From contig NC_092385.1 in the NCBI RefSeq assembly GCF_030028105.1, forward strand, positions 32,082,774 to 32,146,773: a stretch of DNA of 64,000 bases, in the 5' to 3' direction. Positions 25,175 through 38,690 of this stretch are shown here, one piece after another. Position numbers and translations under genes: made by a program. A model generated the notes under the pieces. It was not told the DNA's origin. It saw nothing but the letters and a program-made list of their open reading frames with translations, and ran no database searches. Every line of letters starts with the position of its first letter. Within the stretch, counting starts at the first letter, position 1. The DNA is from Mobula birostris (taxonomy: Eukaryota).

Positions 25175-26785
25175 ATTCAAGATCCAAAATTGTGTAATGT
25201 TATTTCTTGTACAAGTGTAAGGGGAACAAAATAATTGTTACTTCGGATCCAATGCAGCACAGAAGATAAAGAATAAATGGTTATGATAAATATAAATACA
25301 TAATATAGATTGAGTGTCTATGAAGTGAAGCTAAGCTATATGTAAGGTGACAGACAAGAACTAATAAAGGGTCTGTATACGTGAACAGGGTGTGAATACA
25401 TGTCCTTGACGGTCCATAGGCTGGTGCCAGTGATGTGTTGGGTAGTTTTAACTACCGGTTGTAGAGCCATCCTATCCGCTGTAGTGCTGTTTCCGTACTG
25501 AGCAGTGATGCATCTTGCTAGGATGCTCTCTATTGTGCATCTTCAGAATGACGTGAGCATGGGTGTACAAAGTCCAGCTCTCTTCAGCATCCTCAGAAGG
25601 CTTTCTTAACTGAGTAGGATGTGTCCTGGGACCATGCAAAGTTGAGTGTGATGTGCGCTCCCAGGAGTTCCAAACTGCTTGCAGTTTCCACTGTGGCGCA
25701 AGCTCTCCTGACGGCAGTAACCATCTCCTTTGTCTTGTTGACATTAAGGAAGAGGTTGTTTGCTTGGCAACAGGCCTCGAGCTCTTCCACCTCCTCCCTG
25801 CGGACCGTCTCATGGTTGTTGGTGATAAGCCATTGTCGTGTCATTGGTGAACTTGGTGACGTGATTACTCAGGTGTTTGGCCATGCAGTCATGTGTGAGC
25901 AGAATGCACAGCGATGGGCTCAGTACGTAACCTGTGCATTCTGACTACCTGAGGTCTGTTCATTAGGAAGTCCAGTTGCACAGTGGTGTATTTATACCGA
26001 GGCATGGGAGTTTGTTCTCCAAGCTCTGTGGGACAACAGTGTTGAATGCCGAACTGAAATTCAGAAACAGCATTCTGACGTAAGTGTCTTTGTTTTCTAT
26101 GGGTGTCAGGGCCAGGTGCAGGAGAGACGCAGTGGCATCTGTCATAGAGTGGTTCTGTCAGAAAGCATATTGGTGAGTGTCCGATGTGGTAGGAAGGGAG
26201 CTTGTGCTATTATCAGCCATAAAAAGCACTCGATGATGACTGGCATCAGTGCAGTAGTCATTTAGTTCTGAAAGTGTAGAGTTGTTCGGTACAGGGATGA
26301 CGGTGGCTGATTTGAAGCAGATAGGGACAGCAGCCTGGATGAATGAAGTGTTGCAGATGTCTGTGAAGACGTCAATGAGCTGGGGTCCACACTCCCCGAG
26401 TACATGGCCTGGGCTGTTATCTGGCCCATCTGCCTTATGGGGGGCTTGACTCTCAGCAGAGTCCTCCTCATGTCCGCTGCTGTTACAGACAGTGGCTGCT
26501 CACCTGGAAAGGGAGTAGCTTTCGTAGCCAGTGCTGTGTTGCATGCCTTGAATTGTGCATAAAAGTCGCTGAGAGCATCAGGTACAGAGGGGTCACTGGT
26601 CGATACTATTTTTCCGTGCATTGTCAGTCATGCCCCTGACACCCCGCTATATACGCCAGGAATCATTATCAGACAGGAGCTCCTGAATGTTCTGTGCATA
26701 GGTGGCCTCTGCCCTCTTGAAGCCTAAAATGAGGCTTCTCTTGCCTGCCTGTCACCAGACTTGAAGGCAGCGTCCTGAGTGTTTG
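25175..26785 (-). mobile_element. Rex1/Babar LINE fragment (RT region)
   Basis: [36 protein letters not shown] and PDALSDFYAQF motifs. Confidence 0.88.
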
Positions 26786-28409
26786 CCCATTTTAACTAGT
26801 TTAACATTAATTTAACATACAATGAAAAACAAAGGACCCAAAAGTAAACTCCTGAACAAATACAATTATGATTTACTCAGTTCTTAATCGGAGTATGCCA
26901 AAGTCATTAATATCACGTACTGCCCAGTGGCAAATAAATCTGTACAGTATAAAACTATCACTGCCAAAGCAACTAAACTATGTTGAAATGTAATATGCAT
27001 TTTATTTTAAATCCTAAAGTACTACACTGATAGAGATTGGGACAGTAAGCTAGGGAAGAAATAGCAGGAGATGGAGGAACATGAAGTGGTTTAGAGCGGG
27101 GACAGAGCCGAGCATGTGGTGTGCAGACATGGTATATGATATTCGGCACAAGGCTGAAGAGTGGAACATTATAAAAGTTTCTTAATCAGGCTTGTGGCCT
27201 AAAATGATTTCGGCCAACTTCCACTCCAGCGATCATGATGAATAAATACTTTAAGTTTCCTGAAAGCTCATTGCTTATTTTGACAGCTGCCTGCAAGTTG
27301 TATTCTGCACTTGTGCAATGAACTGCATATCTTTTATAATATGACACAACTAGTTTGCTGAATACATTGCTAGATGTCCACAAGTATATTTAGTCCATTA
27401 GTTGGAAAATACACAAATATCCAAGCATTGCAGTGAATGGCATAAAAAGCACATAGAGCTGATAAGAAAGAACAATTAATAAAGTGAGGAGAGATGAGAA
27501 GGGTAGAGTGTAGAAGGAAGAGGAGAGGGAGGAGGTCCTGCCATTCATGGAAAGTATGCATGTACGGACTTTATTTAGGCTTTTGAAATGGACTGTTGAA
27601 TTTAATATTACAGGAGTTTACTCAATTCTAGGGGTTTCCATAAGCCAGGCTCTAATAACCTGGGAATGGCCTGTGTCCTAGCACTGCAGTTTCAAGACGG
27701 AAAAAGAGTGTTATCCTGGTTTTGAATGACAGTAAGGCCTTCAAATCTTAATCATCGTTACATTGTGAAATTACATTGTGGGATTTCTTGTTAACTGGAG
27801 TTTATTATGGAAATCCCAAAATTGTTGCTACCTCCTTCATTGCAAACCAAGGGAGCTTCAGGTTAATAATTTTAGAATGTTACTGAGTGAATATTAAATA
27901 ATTTTGAAATAATTCATAATAATTCTCACTGGCCCAAAACAAATAATCTGCCAATCTATCCCCTTGGACATTGGTGCTACTCTGACTAGCAGATTTTCTG
28001 GACAAATGGATATTATTCCTTTTAATATACTGACAATATTAACTCACTTTAAAAGATTATATTATAAGAGTACACTGATATTTTCCAGGGAGCTTGGTGA
28101 GCTTTGTAAAGGGGAGCCGAAACAGGGCCCTAAATGTCTTTCAAGACAGCACAGGAAGTGGAGAATCAGGGAATTTAACAAGAACATGGGAAAGAAAGCC
28201 TAATACGTCAAATATCAAGACATTGGAATTTCCAATTAGATAATTATCAGAACATTATTGTATACATGGTTATTCCCCAAAGATTATTTCAAAATATCAT
28301 TATTTTAAATGATAAAAGTTAATTAACAATACTTCAGCTTCTACTTCAACTCTGTATGTCTATTTCTGTCGTTAGTATCATTTAACACTATTGTTTCCTC
28401 AAAACTAAT

Positions 28410-28853
28410 CACTAAGATCCAGGACCGATGCCTTGATACCTCCTTTCCCAATTGGATCCTTGATTTTCTTCATTGCCGACCCGGTCAGTAAGGATTGGCA
28501 ACAACATCTCCACAAGACTCTGTGCTTAGCCCCCTGCTCTACTTGCTTGTACTTATGACTGTGTGGCTAAGCACAGTTCCACCGCCGTATTATGTTTGCT
28601 GATGACAACACTGTTGTTGGCAGAATCAAAGGTGATGACGAATGGGGATATAGGAGGGAGATTGAATACCTGGCTGAATGATGCCAAAACAACAACCTCT
28701 CTCTCAACATCAGCCAAAACAAAGAGCTGATTACAACAGAAAGAAGGAACCAGAGGTCCCTGAGCCAGTTCTCATTAGGGGATCAAGAAAATGAATGTCC
28801 AGATAATATATGGAGACATATACATACTTTAATAATAAATTTACTTTGAATTT
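28410..28853 (+). mobile_element. Rex1/Babar LINE, internally deleted
   Basis: VLSPLLY..TYDC, FADDNTVVGRI and NNLSLNISQ; joined to the tail AATAAATTTACTTTGAA. Confidence 0.8.
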
Positions 28854-30673
28854 GCTAAAAAAAACATTGAAATGATAACCAAGAATTATTTGTTGTCTGG
28901 GCAACTCTTTCAGTGACGGTTGTCAAGGTGTTTTAACAGCCATCTTTGCAGCTTATGGCCAGAAATTCCCTTGAATGTCTGACTCAGAGCAGCCGATGTC
29001 TCACAGATGCAAGTCCATGTCACAGAGTTGGACATCTTCAAACTCAATGTGATTACCTCGCCATTAACCACAAAGAAATCTAGGGCATTGATTCAGGTAA
29101 TGAGCAAAAACTTTGGCTGGGTTTTCATAAATATCTGCTGAGAATGAGGGCTTGAAGACAACATTTGAAAGGCTGTCTCGTGAAGTGCGGTTGTGTCATT
29201 TAATCCAAGCTCTTGCACTCATTGGTCCATAGCTGTATAGCATAGAAATAATTTAGCATTCTTAATAATACAAAATAGCTCAGCTGTTTATAATCAATAA
29301 ATAAAATCATCAGGGTAATTAGAATGTGGGAAATATATTATCTGCAAAATGTTTAAAAATCATATTTATTATTTTTGTTAACAATTTTGGTTAAGATAAT
29401 ATAGATAACATAATTTCTGGCTGAATTAGTGAAAAAGTTCCTGACCTGGCAGAGTTGGTATACAAGGTGCAGGGATATCAAACATCAGCAAGTTACAACT
29501 GAACTGCTTTCATGACTTACTTCAATGTTGGAGCTTTCCAAATACCATTTCCATTATAGACGGCAGGAACTAATTCCTCAAGAATTACCACGGTGACTTA
29601 AGTTACTTTGTCTCAAGGGATCTGAGATATATTTGAAGTGCAAAACCAGAAGGTCCATTTGCCACTGGACATAAGTGGAAATCACTGCATTCTGTTCATT
29701 CCACATAATCCTGACAATGAAAAAGACTAAACAGAAGAAACATTGAACCTTTTAAACCCAAAAAATCTATATGCTATTAAAATTTACCAACCAATTATCC
29801 TGGCCCAGAGCCCTGAAGCAGAACAATGGAATTCTCTGCATGGAAGACTGGGATTTGATCTGTGGTCTGGGAATTTTCCTGCTAAAATAGGTTTGGTCAC
29901 CTCATACAGAAGACTCTATCTGGATGTATGGAATGGATCTCAGCTCATACAGAAAATCATAAAAAATATTTTCTATAATAAAATAATAATCAAGAAGATT
30001 GTTGAAATTTACCATTGCTCCATCCATCAGTGGCTACAGGGAAAAGACAAGATTATCATACAGAGTGTAGAACTTTCATCTGACAAAATACTAAACCTGT
30101 CAACTTTTTGCAGATATATTTCCACAATTCGTGTGCAATTTCATTTTAAGGAAAGGGTGTTCACAGACCCTTTTTTCTCCTTTTTATTTACAACACAAAA
30201 TATGTTTGTTATTTCTCAACAGAAAAAATAATCAGCAATAAAAGGGAATCTTTCAAAGAATTAATTCAATTTTCTATCAAAAGCACAAATGCACTTGAAA
30301 TTGAATCTGGCTCTATGAGAGGAATCCTATTTCTGCTACTGAAATAGAGTCCTATTCTATAAGAATAAAGAAGGAAAATGCTGAAAACAAACAGCTTTAA
30401 GATCCAGTTAATCTATTGCACAAGCTTTGTCAGTGACAAACGATGAGGGCTATTGTTCATAGTCCTTCAGCAAGAACCAAGTCTCATATCTGTCCCTTAG
30501 TTTATTCCCGATTCAATGAATGAGGGAAGCAGAAAAAGTTAGAAAGCTTAGTTTGAAATTCAGAATCAGAATCTGGTTTATTATCACTAACATGTGTCCG
30601 AAAATTTGTTGTTTTATGATATCAGTACAGTGCAACACTTAAAATACACTACAAATTATACTAAAAATATATA

Positions 30674-31550
30674 CAGTGGTTTCCGGTTAATTGGGACACA
30701 TCCTGATCAGTACATTTTGGCCCAATTAAGCGACTGCCCCAATTAGCGGAAGTGTCATGGAAATCGTTAAAAAGGTATTTTAAAAAAAAGGCAAACTACC
30801 ATTTACCTGCGTAACAAATTAGATTAGATTAGATTATGAGGACACGCAGTCCTCTTTTATTGTCATTTAGTAAAGCATGCATTATGTGTTTGAATGAAAT
30901 AGAGAACAGTTTAGAGCACTGTTATTGCTACTACAGTACTACAAGACTGTGTATTAGTTCCTAATAGTTACCGAATGAGGAATTCATCCAGTGTATGCTG
31001 GCACATTCTTTCGATTGACTATAAATGAACAAGACCAGCACAGATACCAAGTGTAGATACTGTACTACCTTCACACAATGCTATCCTACAAATCTTCATT
31101 TTCATTGTAATATTTAAGATATCTTGAAATTCTTTGTAGTTCCTAACTTGTTGAAGTAGTGAAATAATTTCATTTTCACTCCCAGCCATTTCCAGCCTCT
31201 CTGAGTCTAAATAGTTGAAACCGCAGTGAGCAAACACTTCTGAAATGTCTTACTGCTTCTTTCTTGCAAACTATCAGTACCAAAATCCATCGTTTTTTGA
31301 AGACAAGTACATGCAACTGATGCTATTTAAAAACTGTTTGCTCTAAGTATGATGAAGTAGCTGAAGGCCACATAAGAGAACACAACTAATGTCAGTTAGA
31401 AACTGTTCAACAACAGTCTCCTGCCCCAATTAAGCGGCATATTGTCCCAAATAAACAAAGGCAATCATGGATATTTTCTCGATTCGTTTTTGTTCTTTAA
31501 GAGTTGTCCCAAGTAAGTGGTTGTCCCGATTAACTTCTGGCCCAATCCAC
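30674..31550 (-). mobile_element. Tigger/pogo (Tc1-mariner) internally deleted DNA transposon, copy 1
   Basis: TA|CAGTGGTTTCCGGTTAATTGGG left TIR; subterminal CCCAATTAAGCGG repeats; transposase C-terminal remnant FAHCGF; homologous to 37807-38605. The right TIR is partly deleted. Confidence 0.8.
30822..30880 (-). mobile_element. ~60-bp retroelement 3' tip with (CTAAT)n tail nested in Tigger copy 1
   Basis: Absent from Tigger copy 2; flanked by ATTA (30818-30821/30881-30884); contains an ATAAAA signal and a (TAATC)3 tail. Confidence 0.55.
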
Positions 31551-33646
31551 ACACAGAATGAACGTGAACAATTCATTGTCTGTTCAGAAATCTGATGACA
31601 GAGGGGAAGAAGCTTTTCTTCATGCTGCTGTACCTACTCTCTGATGATAGTACTAACAAGGGGTGAGGTTCCAAATTATGAACGCTGATTTATGTATTTA
31701 AGTCAATTTATTCACATTTATGACCTTTATTACAATACAAATCTGTTGAAGTTGTATACTGAATAAGGAACTATTTTCCAATATACAACTGAATATTAGA
31801 TTAAGTAACGAGGCATTTGTAAGAGTAACTATGGAATTATTAATATTACAGAGAATGATGTCTGATTCAGTTTTCATACTCACAATTTTTTCTGTACATT
31901 ATAAAAAACACAACTGATATTCTGAAATTGATTTATATTTCTGGAACAAAGTGTTGAAAAGATTTGAGCCATTCATCAGATTTGATCACTTCTCACGGCT
32001 GAATATTCTACATTCAAATAATGAGCAACTGGAATGGTTTGCTATTATTTCAGTGGTTTGTCTTTCTCACGGATGATCCTGAACAAATTGTTCCCTTATT
32101 TAGCACAACTGATTTGTGTATTTCTTCATATAATTAAAAAAAACCTTCATAAGTTTTATTTAAGAATAAAAACAAGTTTGGTCCGCAACTTGTTTCTGTC
32201 ATTTCTTTCCATGGCAAGTCAGCAAAAATGTGAAGAATCAAATTCTGTCTACTTCTGAATGCGCAACTCCTTTCTGGGACGAATTCCACAGGTGTACACC
32301 AGAATCTTTACTGAGTGCAGCCTCCCAAAGCAAGCAGATGCTCGTGATGAGTTGCAGGTCATTAACATAGCCACTTGCTCAATTCAAATAACAAGAATGC
32401 TCAAAAATACACAAGTGGAAAAAGGACCAAAAGAGCAAATAGTGACATGTTGAATGTCAAGAAGTTGCCAAATACATAAACAGATCAATGTAGCTATAAA
32501 AACCATGTACAGAATATAATTGGATTCTGTGTTTGGTTTTAAATTTGAAAATTAAGGAATTGATCAGGTGCTACACATTAGTTTGATCACAGTTGGAGCT
32601 TGGATAGTTCTGGGAAAATATTCTGTAAAAGATATCAAGCTATGGACAATTAATACCAGGGAAAGTGCATGTCATTTGTAAAAAAAAACACCTGGAGGCA
32701 TAAACACAAAGTCTTGGGACCAGATAACACTATCATATCATTATATTTGCTGATTGAATCAACATGTGTATGGAAAGAGAGCTTAGGGCATGGCAGGTTT
32801 GTAATCAATCTGATTAGAGTAGGAGATCTTTATTTCCACCTGCATCCACCACCACCTCCTCACACATCAAGTGTGAGGTGCTGCAGTTTGAGATGTAAAG
32901 GTATATTACACTGTTAATGGCAGGTCCTTTAATAGATCGAGGTCTTGCGGACACCAGTCAGATCAGATCAGCAAAACATCTCCACAATCTCCATCAGCAC
33001 ACAGGCTGCGTGCTTAGTCCCCTGCTCTACTCACTTTATACTTATGACTGTGAGGCTAACCACAGCTCCAATTTCTTATTTAAGTTTACTGATGACAGCG
33101 CTGTCATTGGCGGAATCTAAGGTGGTAACAAATCAGCATAAAGGGAGGAAGATTGAAAATCTGGCTGAGTGATGTCACAACAATGATCTCTTACTCTATG
33201 TCATGAAGACCAAGAGCTGATTATTGAATTCAGGAGGAGGAAACCAGAAGTCTATGAGCCAGTCCTCACTGGGGGATCAGAGGTGGAGAGGGTCAGCAAT
33301 GTAAAATTCTTTGGTGTTATCATTTCAGAGGATCTGTCCTGGATCCAGCACATAAATGCCATTACAAAGAAAGTACGGCAGTGCCTCTACATTCTTAGAA
33401 TTTTGAAAAGATTCAGCATAGCATCTAAACTTTGACAAACCTCTCTAGATATGTGGTGGACATTGACCGCTTTTTTACAACTTGGTATGGAAACACCAAT
33501 GCCCTTGAATGGAAAACCCTACAGAAGCACTGGATACAGCCTGGTCCATCATGGGTAAAGCCCTCCCCACCATTAAACACATCTACACAGAGTGCTATCG
33601 CAGGAAAGCAGCATCCATCATCAAGGACCCTTGCCACCCAGGCCAT

Positions 33647-33753
33647 GTATTTCTCCATTTCTTTCCTCTATATTTATCATGTATTTCATTGTACCACTGC
33701 CGTAAAGTTAACAAAGTTTACAACATATGCCGGTGATAGTAAATCTGATTCTA
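33647..33753 (+). mobile_element. Short Rex-type 3' tail nested in a Rex1 copy
   Basis: Interrupts CCAGGCCATG|CTCTC and ends AAATCTGATTCT, the same tail family as 30561-30610. Confidence 0.6.
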
Positions 33754-33967
33754 ATGCTCTCCTCTCACTGCTGCCATCAGGAGGAACATACAGGAGCCTC
33801 AGGACCCACACCACCAGGTTTAGAAACAATCACCTTGAACGAGAGGGGATAACTTTACTCAACTTCACTTGCCCGTTACTGAAATGTTGCCAGAAGCTAT
33901 ATTCTCACTTTCTAGGACTCATCATTTCATCTCATTCTCTTGATATTTATTGCTTATTTACTTGTTA

Positions 33968-34659
33968 TAGAAACATACATAGAAAATAGGTGCAGGAGTA
34001 GGCCATTCGGCCCTTCGAGCCTGCACCACCATTTATTATGATCATGGCTGATCATCCAACTCAGAACCCCTCCCCAGCCTTCCCTCCATACCCCCTGACC
34101 CCCCGTAGCCACAAGGGCCATATCTAACTCCCTCTTAAATATAGCCAATGAACTGGCCTCAACTGTTTCCTGTGGCAGAGAATTCCACAGATTCACCACT
34201 CTCTGTGTGAAGAAGTTTTTCCTAATCTCGGTCCTAAAAGGCTTCCCCTCTATCCTCAAACTGTGGCCCCTCGTTCTGGACTTCCCCAACATCGGGAACA
34301 ATCTTCCTGCATCTAGCCTGTCCAATCCCTTTAGGATCTTATACGTTTCAATCAGATCCCCCCTCAATCTTCTAAATTCCAACGAGTACAAGCCCAGTTC
34401 ATCCAGTCTTTCTTCATATGAAAGTCCTGCCATCCCAGGAATCAATCTGGTGAACCTTCTTTGTACTCCCTCTATGGCAAGGATGTCTTTCCTCAGATTA
34501 GGGGACCAAAACTGCACACAATACTCCAGGTGTGGTCTCACCAAGGCCTTGTACAACTGCAGTAGTACCTCCCTGCTCCTGTACTCGAATCCTCTCACTA
34601 TAAATGCCAGCATACCATTTGCCTTTTTCACCGCCTGCTGTACCTGCATGCCCACTTTC
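33968..34659 (-). mobile_element. Young CR1-clade LINE 3' fragment nested in Rex1
   Basis: Long open frame with LYKALVRPHLEYCVQFWSP and KNFFTQRVVNLWNSLP; possible GTTAT TSD (33964-33968/34660-34664). Confidence 0.95.
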
Positions 34660-35680
34660 GTTATTATTTATTTTGTTGTCTTTAAAGGCAGAGTTTGTTG
34701 TCTTTCACACATTGGTTGTTTATCCGCCCTGTTGGGTGTAGCCCTTTGTTGATTTTATTATGTTTCTTATAGTTATTGTGTACGCCCACATGGAAGTGTA
34801 TCTCAAGGTTGGATATGGTGAGATCTACATACTTCGATAATAAATTTACTCCGATCTTTGAACAGTTCTATAATCTATAGAAATGGGAGAAAATTCATGC
34901 ACAGTAATTGGCATAATAGGCAAATTTGGGATAAACAGTTTGTTTCAGCACCATTTCTAATGTGCAATTCAATGGAAAACCCTATCTTTCGTTTCTTTCA
35001 ATTAGGGCATTATAGCATTTAGATTAACATTTGCTGAGGAAAAATATTTGAATCTGGCAGGAATAAGGATTACAAGTGATCCCAATGTAAAATATGCACA
35101 AACAGAAACACAATCAACTAAATGGCAGCCTCGTGTTGAATACATAAAATCAGCTACTGAAGGCTTTCATCAAAACTGCCTATCCCAAATGAACTCTCAG
35201 CAATTGACAAGGACCACTGATAGTTCTCGCCAATCAACTATTTATTGATCTTTCGAAGCCAAGTAGATTGATTTGAGTTTCCTATGCTCTTGGTAAAGGA
35301 TACACTACACCTCATGGAATATTTAAACCTGCTGATTTAACTGATTGCAATAGACAAACAAATCCACGGTCAATATGTTCAACCAAATGATTTTTTCTAT
35401 ATAGATGAACAACAATTCAGGTCTGTTTATTGCCTAAATTGGAAGAATCCAGTAGCAATAGAACACATAGTGGAAGTGAACTTTAGTTCTGAATGCTACT
35501 TGCTTACTTTTACTACTAGCATGATTTATTTTTTTTTAGGTGTTTGACAGTCTTCCGTCATAATGAGTTCTTTTGGGTTTATTTATTTTGAGGCTGCTTG
35601 TAAAGAGACAAATCTTAAGGTTGTATATATTATATATACTTTGATAATAAACATACTTTGACTGTTGAAGTGATGTTGGA

Positions 35681-35722
35681 GTGTGTGTGTGTATATGTAT
35701 ATATATATGCATATGTATATAC
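35681..35722. repeat. (GT)n/(TA)n compound microsatellite
   Basis: gtgtgtgtgtgtatatgtatatatatatgcatatgtatatac. Confidence 0.8.
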
Positions 35723-37539
35723 GTGCGCACTCAGAGTTGTTCTGTGCTTCCATTTCAAAGATGGCCTGTACAGGTCACTGAATTTGGCCCTGATAATGGA
35801 TCTAAAATGACTTTGCCAAGTTATATACAAACATTACAAGCTGCTAAATATAAAAGTCTTAAACTTTTCTGTAACAAAACAATATCTAATTCCAGGGGAG
35901 CTTCAGAGAGTTTCAGGTCTATTGCAGCTCTCCTTTCTAACTGCCAGCATTGTGAAGTACAGATTATTGCTCCCAAGAGTCACTATGTACATTCGGACAG
36001 AAAATTTAAACTGAGGCCCGTGGGAAGGAGATAGTACTGATAAGGGAATTAAGTGGTTGCCATTTAGATATTGGTTTTGACTGACATCAATATTTTCACA
36101 TATGAAAAGCTTCATTATCCATTATTCATAAGAAAATAATGGCAGTTATTGCATTTCATCAGGGAAGGAAACTGCAAATACTTCGATCTGGATGCTGTGT
36201 TGGAATTCAGGTAATCCAGCACTCCAATGATGCTCATGTTTATCATTCACAGCTTATAAATTTTGTACAAAATAATATTATTTATTTAGAAACCTCGTAA
36301 ATGAAGCACAAAAGGCAGGTGTCTGGATTTTGATTCATCTGCACAATGACCTTGATACAGATGGATTTTAAGTTATTTGCTTTACAAAATGTATTTGAAA
36401 TGCAATTGTATGAAACAAAGTTCTCATATGCTTATCATTTAAACTAAGCAGGAAGATAAAAGATGAACAAAAGGAATATAACAAAGAGCAGTCCATTAAT
36501 CCCATCATGCTTGCTCCAAAATTTTCTATCCTTACTGTATCTCCATCATTTCCAAAACAGCAAGCTTTCATCTGGCTCAAATAAAATCATTGACTGAGCA
36601 ACCTTCCCAGCCACACAATATCGAAGTCCCAGGTCTCCAAATGAAGAAAGGGTTCTCAGCTCAGTCCTAAAATGCTGACCTCAGATACTAAGCTTACAAT
36701 CAAGCCAAGATTAACGTTCTCTTAATATTTGCAAGTTACGCTTTTCAAAGTTTTGTACAATTGAAAGAGACCAAATTTTGTTGTTTGTAATTCCAATGAC
36801 TAGAGGCTCACGGTACTCATTTCCATTCACACTGTCATCAATTGATGCTCCATCCTCATCAGAATCAATCATAAGCATGTGGCTCATTTCTATGTCAAGC
36901 CTCTCTATAGATAAGCACAGCAAAACTGTAATCCAAATCTGGCACTACCAAAGCCCAACACAAAAGCAGTGAAATGCTTACACAAATAGACCAAATAACT
37001 AACATTCAAATCTAGTGAAACGGTAGTCATTTGCTGCACCTGCACATTAATTTTTCTTCCATTATTTATTTGTTCACAGGATGCAAAGGTTGCTGACAAT
37101 GTTAACAATTATTGTCCATTCCTAATAAACAATCAACGTTGCACATTTGGGGCCATAAACAGGAAGATTTCCTTCCTAGACAATGACCCCAAGCAAGCCT
37201 ATTACAAATGCCAATATTTGATCATCTGAAACCTTTCAAAACTATTCAGTTTTCCCTTCTACTTACCAAAGTAAATGATATCACACTTCTGTACATTATG
37301 ATTCATACGACCCATCATGTCAAATCATGCATCAACACTTGACGTGTCCTTTCATTCCTTCCATTAAGTTTTCTCCAGACAGCTTTGTGCAGTGAGCAAT
37401 ATTTAAAACATCACACTGGCTCTCCTTGCTGAAACCAATGATTTACATTGTAAACAGAATGCTGAGCCACTTTGTGACCTAGGTACTTCTTGACATCTTA
37501 AAATTGCAGGTTTATTTCTATTTTCTCTCCATTTTTTCC

Positions 37540-38690
37540 ATTCATATTTCAGGGCTGTAGGCATCACTCTAAAGGTCAGAATTCATTGTCCATCTCAAAT
37601 TCTTTTTCAGATAGTAACAGAAAGTACAATCTTTTTGATGTGGGTGGGAAAGTATAGGATTTAGACTCTGGTGTGATCAAAGGCTGGTGATAGAATGCTG
37701 CCTGACTTGAAGGGAAAGGCAAGGGTGATGGTATTCCCACGGACCATCTTGTTGAGAGAGATCACAGGTTTGGGAGGTCCTAACGGAATAGCCCAGGAAC
37801 AATATACACTGGATGCTGGTTAATTGAGTCATATCGGGAGAGTACATCGTGGCCCAATTAAGTGGCTGCCACAATTAGTTGAAGCTTCATGGAAATAGTT
37901 AAAAAGGTATAAACAAGACAAATTGAGTAACAAATTATGTACTTAAGTGAAATACAAAACAAATTATAACACTGCCAATAGTACTGCGGTACTATAAAAA
38001 AATGTGCATTGGTTCCTAATAGTTACCAATAGAGAAATGCATCCTGGGTACATAATGAACAAAATCAGTGCACTTATTGTAAATAATCGGACGCTTTCAT
38101 ACAATGCCACTAACAATTGCATCCTCCAAACCTTTATTTTCATTCAAGCTGATTGTCAATACCTTCACATTTCTCATAGTTCCTAACTTGTTGAAGTAGT
38201 GAAATTGTTTCATTTTCACTCCTAATCATTTCTGGCATCTCTAAGCCTGAATACTTGCAACTGCAGGGAACAAATCAGTTCAGAATTGTCTTACTGCTTA
38301 TTCCTCGCCAACGATCAGTGACAAAAAAAGAGTCATTGCTTTGTGAACACAAACACAAGCAGCTGACAGTATTCAAAAACTATGGGGTTTAAACATGTGC
38401 AGAGTCTAAAGGCCACGCAACTGCACCTGACTGACACTATTTAGAACCTGTTCAGCAATAGTCTCTTGCCCCAATTAAGTGGCATAGTGTCCCATATAAA
38501 TGAAGAGAATCCTAGAAATTTTCTCGATTAGTTTTGTTCTTTTAGAGTTGTCCCAAATAAACGGCTGCCCAGTTAACTGATAGCCCAATTATCAGGAATC
38601 CACTGTATTTTGCTGAATATATCCCTTGTACAGTGATGAAAGGAATAAGTGTTTAGGTTAGAAGATGGGGTAGCAGTCAAGGTAATTGAC
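37540..38690 (-). mobile_element. Old LINE 3' end split by Tigger copy 2
   Basis: 37550-37800 and 38608-38690 resemble the reverse complement of the 3' end of the LINE at 41380-43345. Confidence 0.5.
37807..38605 (-). mobile_element. Tigger/pogo internally deleted DNA transposon, copy 2
   Basis: TA|CACTGGATGCTGGTTAATTG ... CAATTATCAGGAATCCACTG|TA (TIRs + TA TSD); minus-strand remnant VTDRWRGISSKTILN*F, the pogo DDE C-terminus. Confidence 0.82.

Larger units (their letters stand above)
30561..31680 (-). mobile_element. Rex1/Babar-type 3' fragment, split by a Tigger insertion
   Basis: Tail (CAGAAT)n..GGTTTATTATCAC at 30561-30670. It resumes at ~31555 with TTCAGAAATCTGATGACAGAGGGGAAGAAGC. Confidence 0.6.
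32925..34862 (+). mobile_element. Rex1/Babar LINE fragment hosting two nested insertions
   Basis: GCVLSPLLYSLYTYDC, FKFTDDS and RKAASIIKDPCHPGH; tail ATAATAAATTTACTCCGATCTTTGAAC. Confidence 0.85.

Noticed and set aside
29007-29096. 90-nt open exon-like stretch MQVHVTELDIFKLNVITSPLTTKKSRALIQ before GTAATG
   Set aside because: Weak acceptor and unrecognised peptide.
29743-30231. 162-aa ORF
   Set aside because: Non-ATG start, AT-biased I/K/F composition and no domain.
36711-36923. Acidic ORF (DSDEDGASIDD) and a CTGATGA motif on the minus strand
   Set aside because: No recognisable homology, and no stem II/GAAA geometry for a hammerhead.
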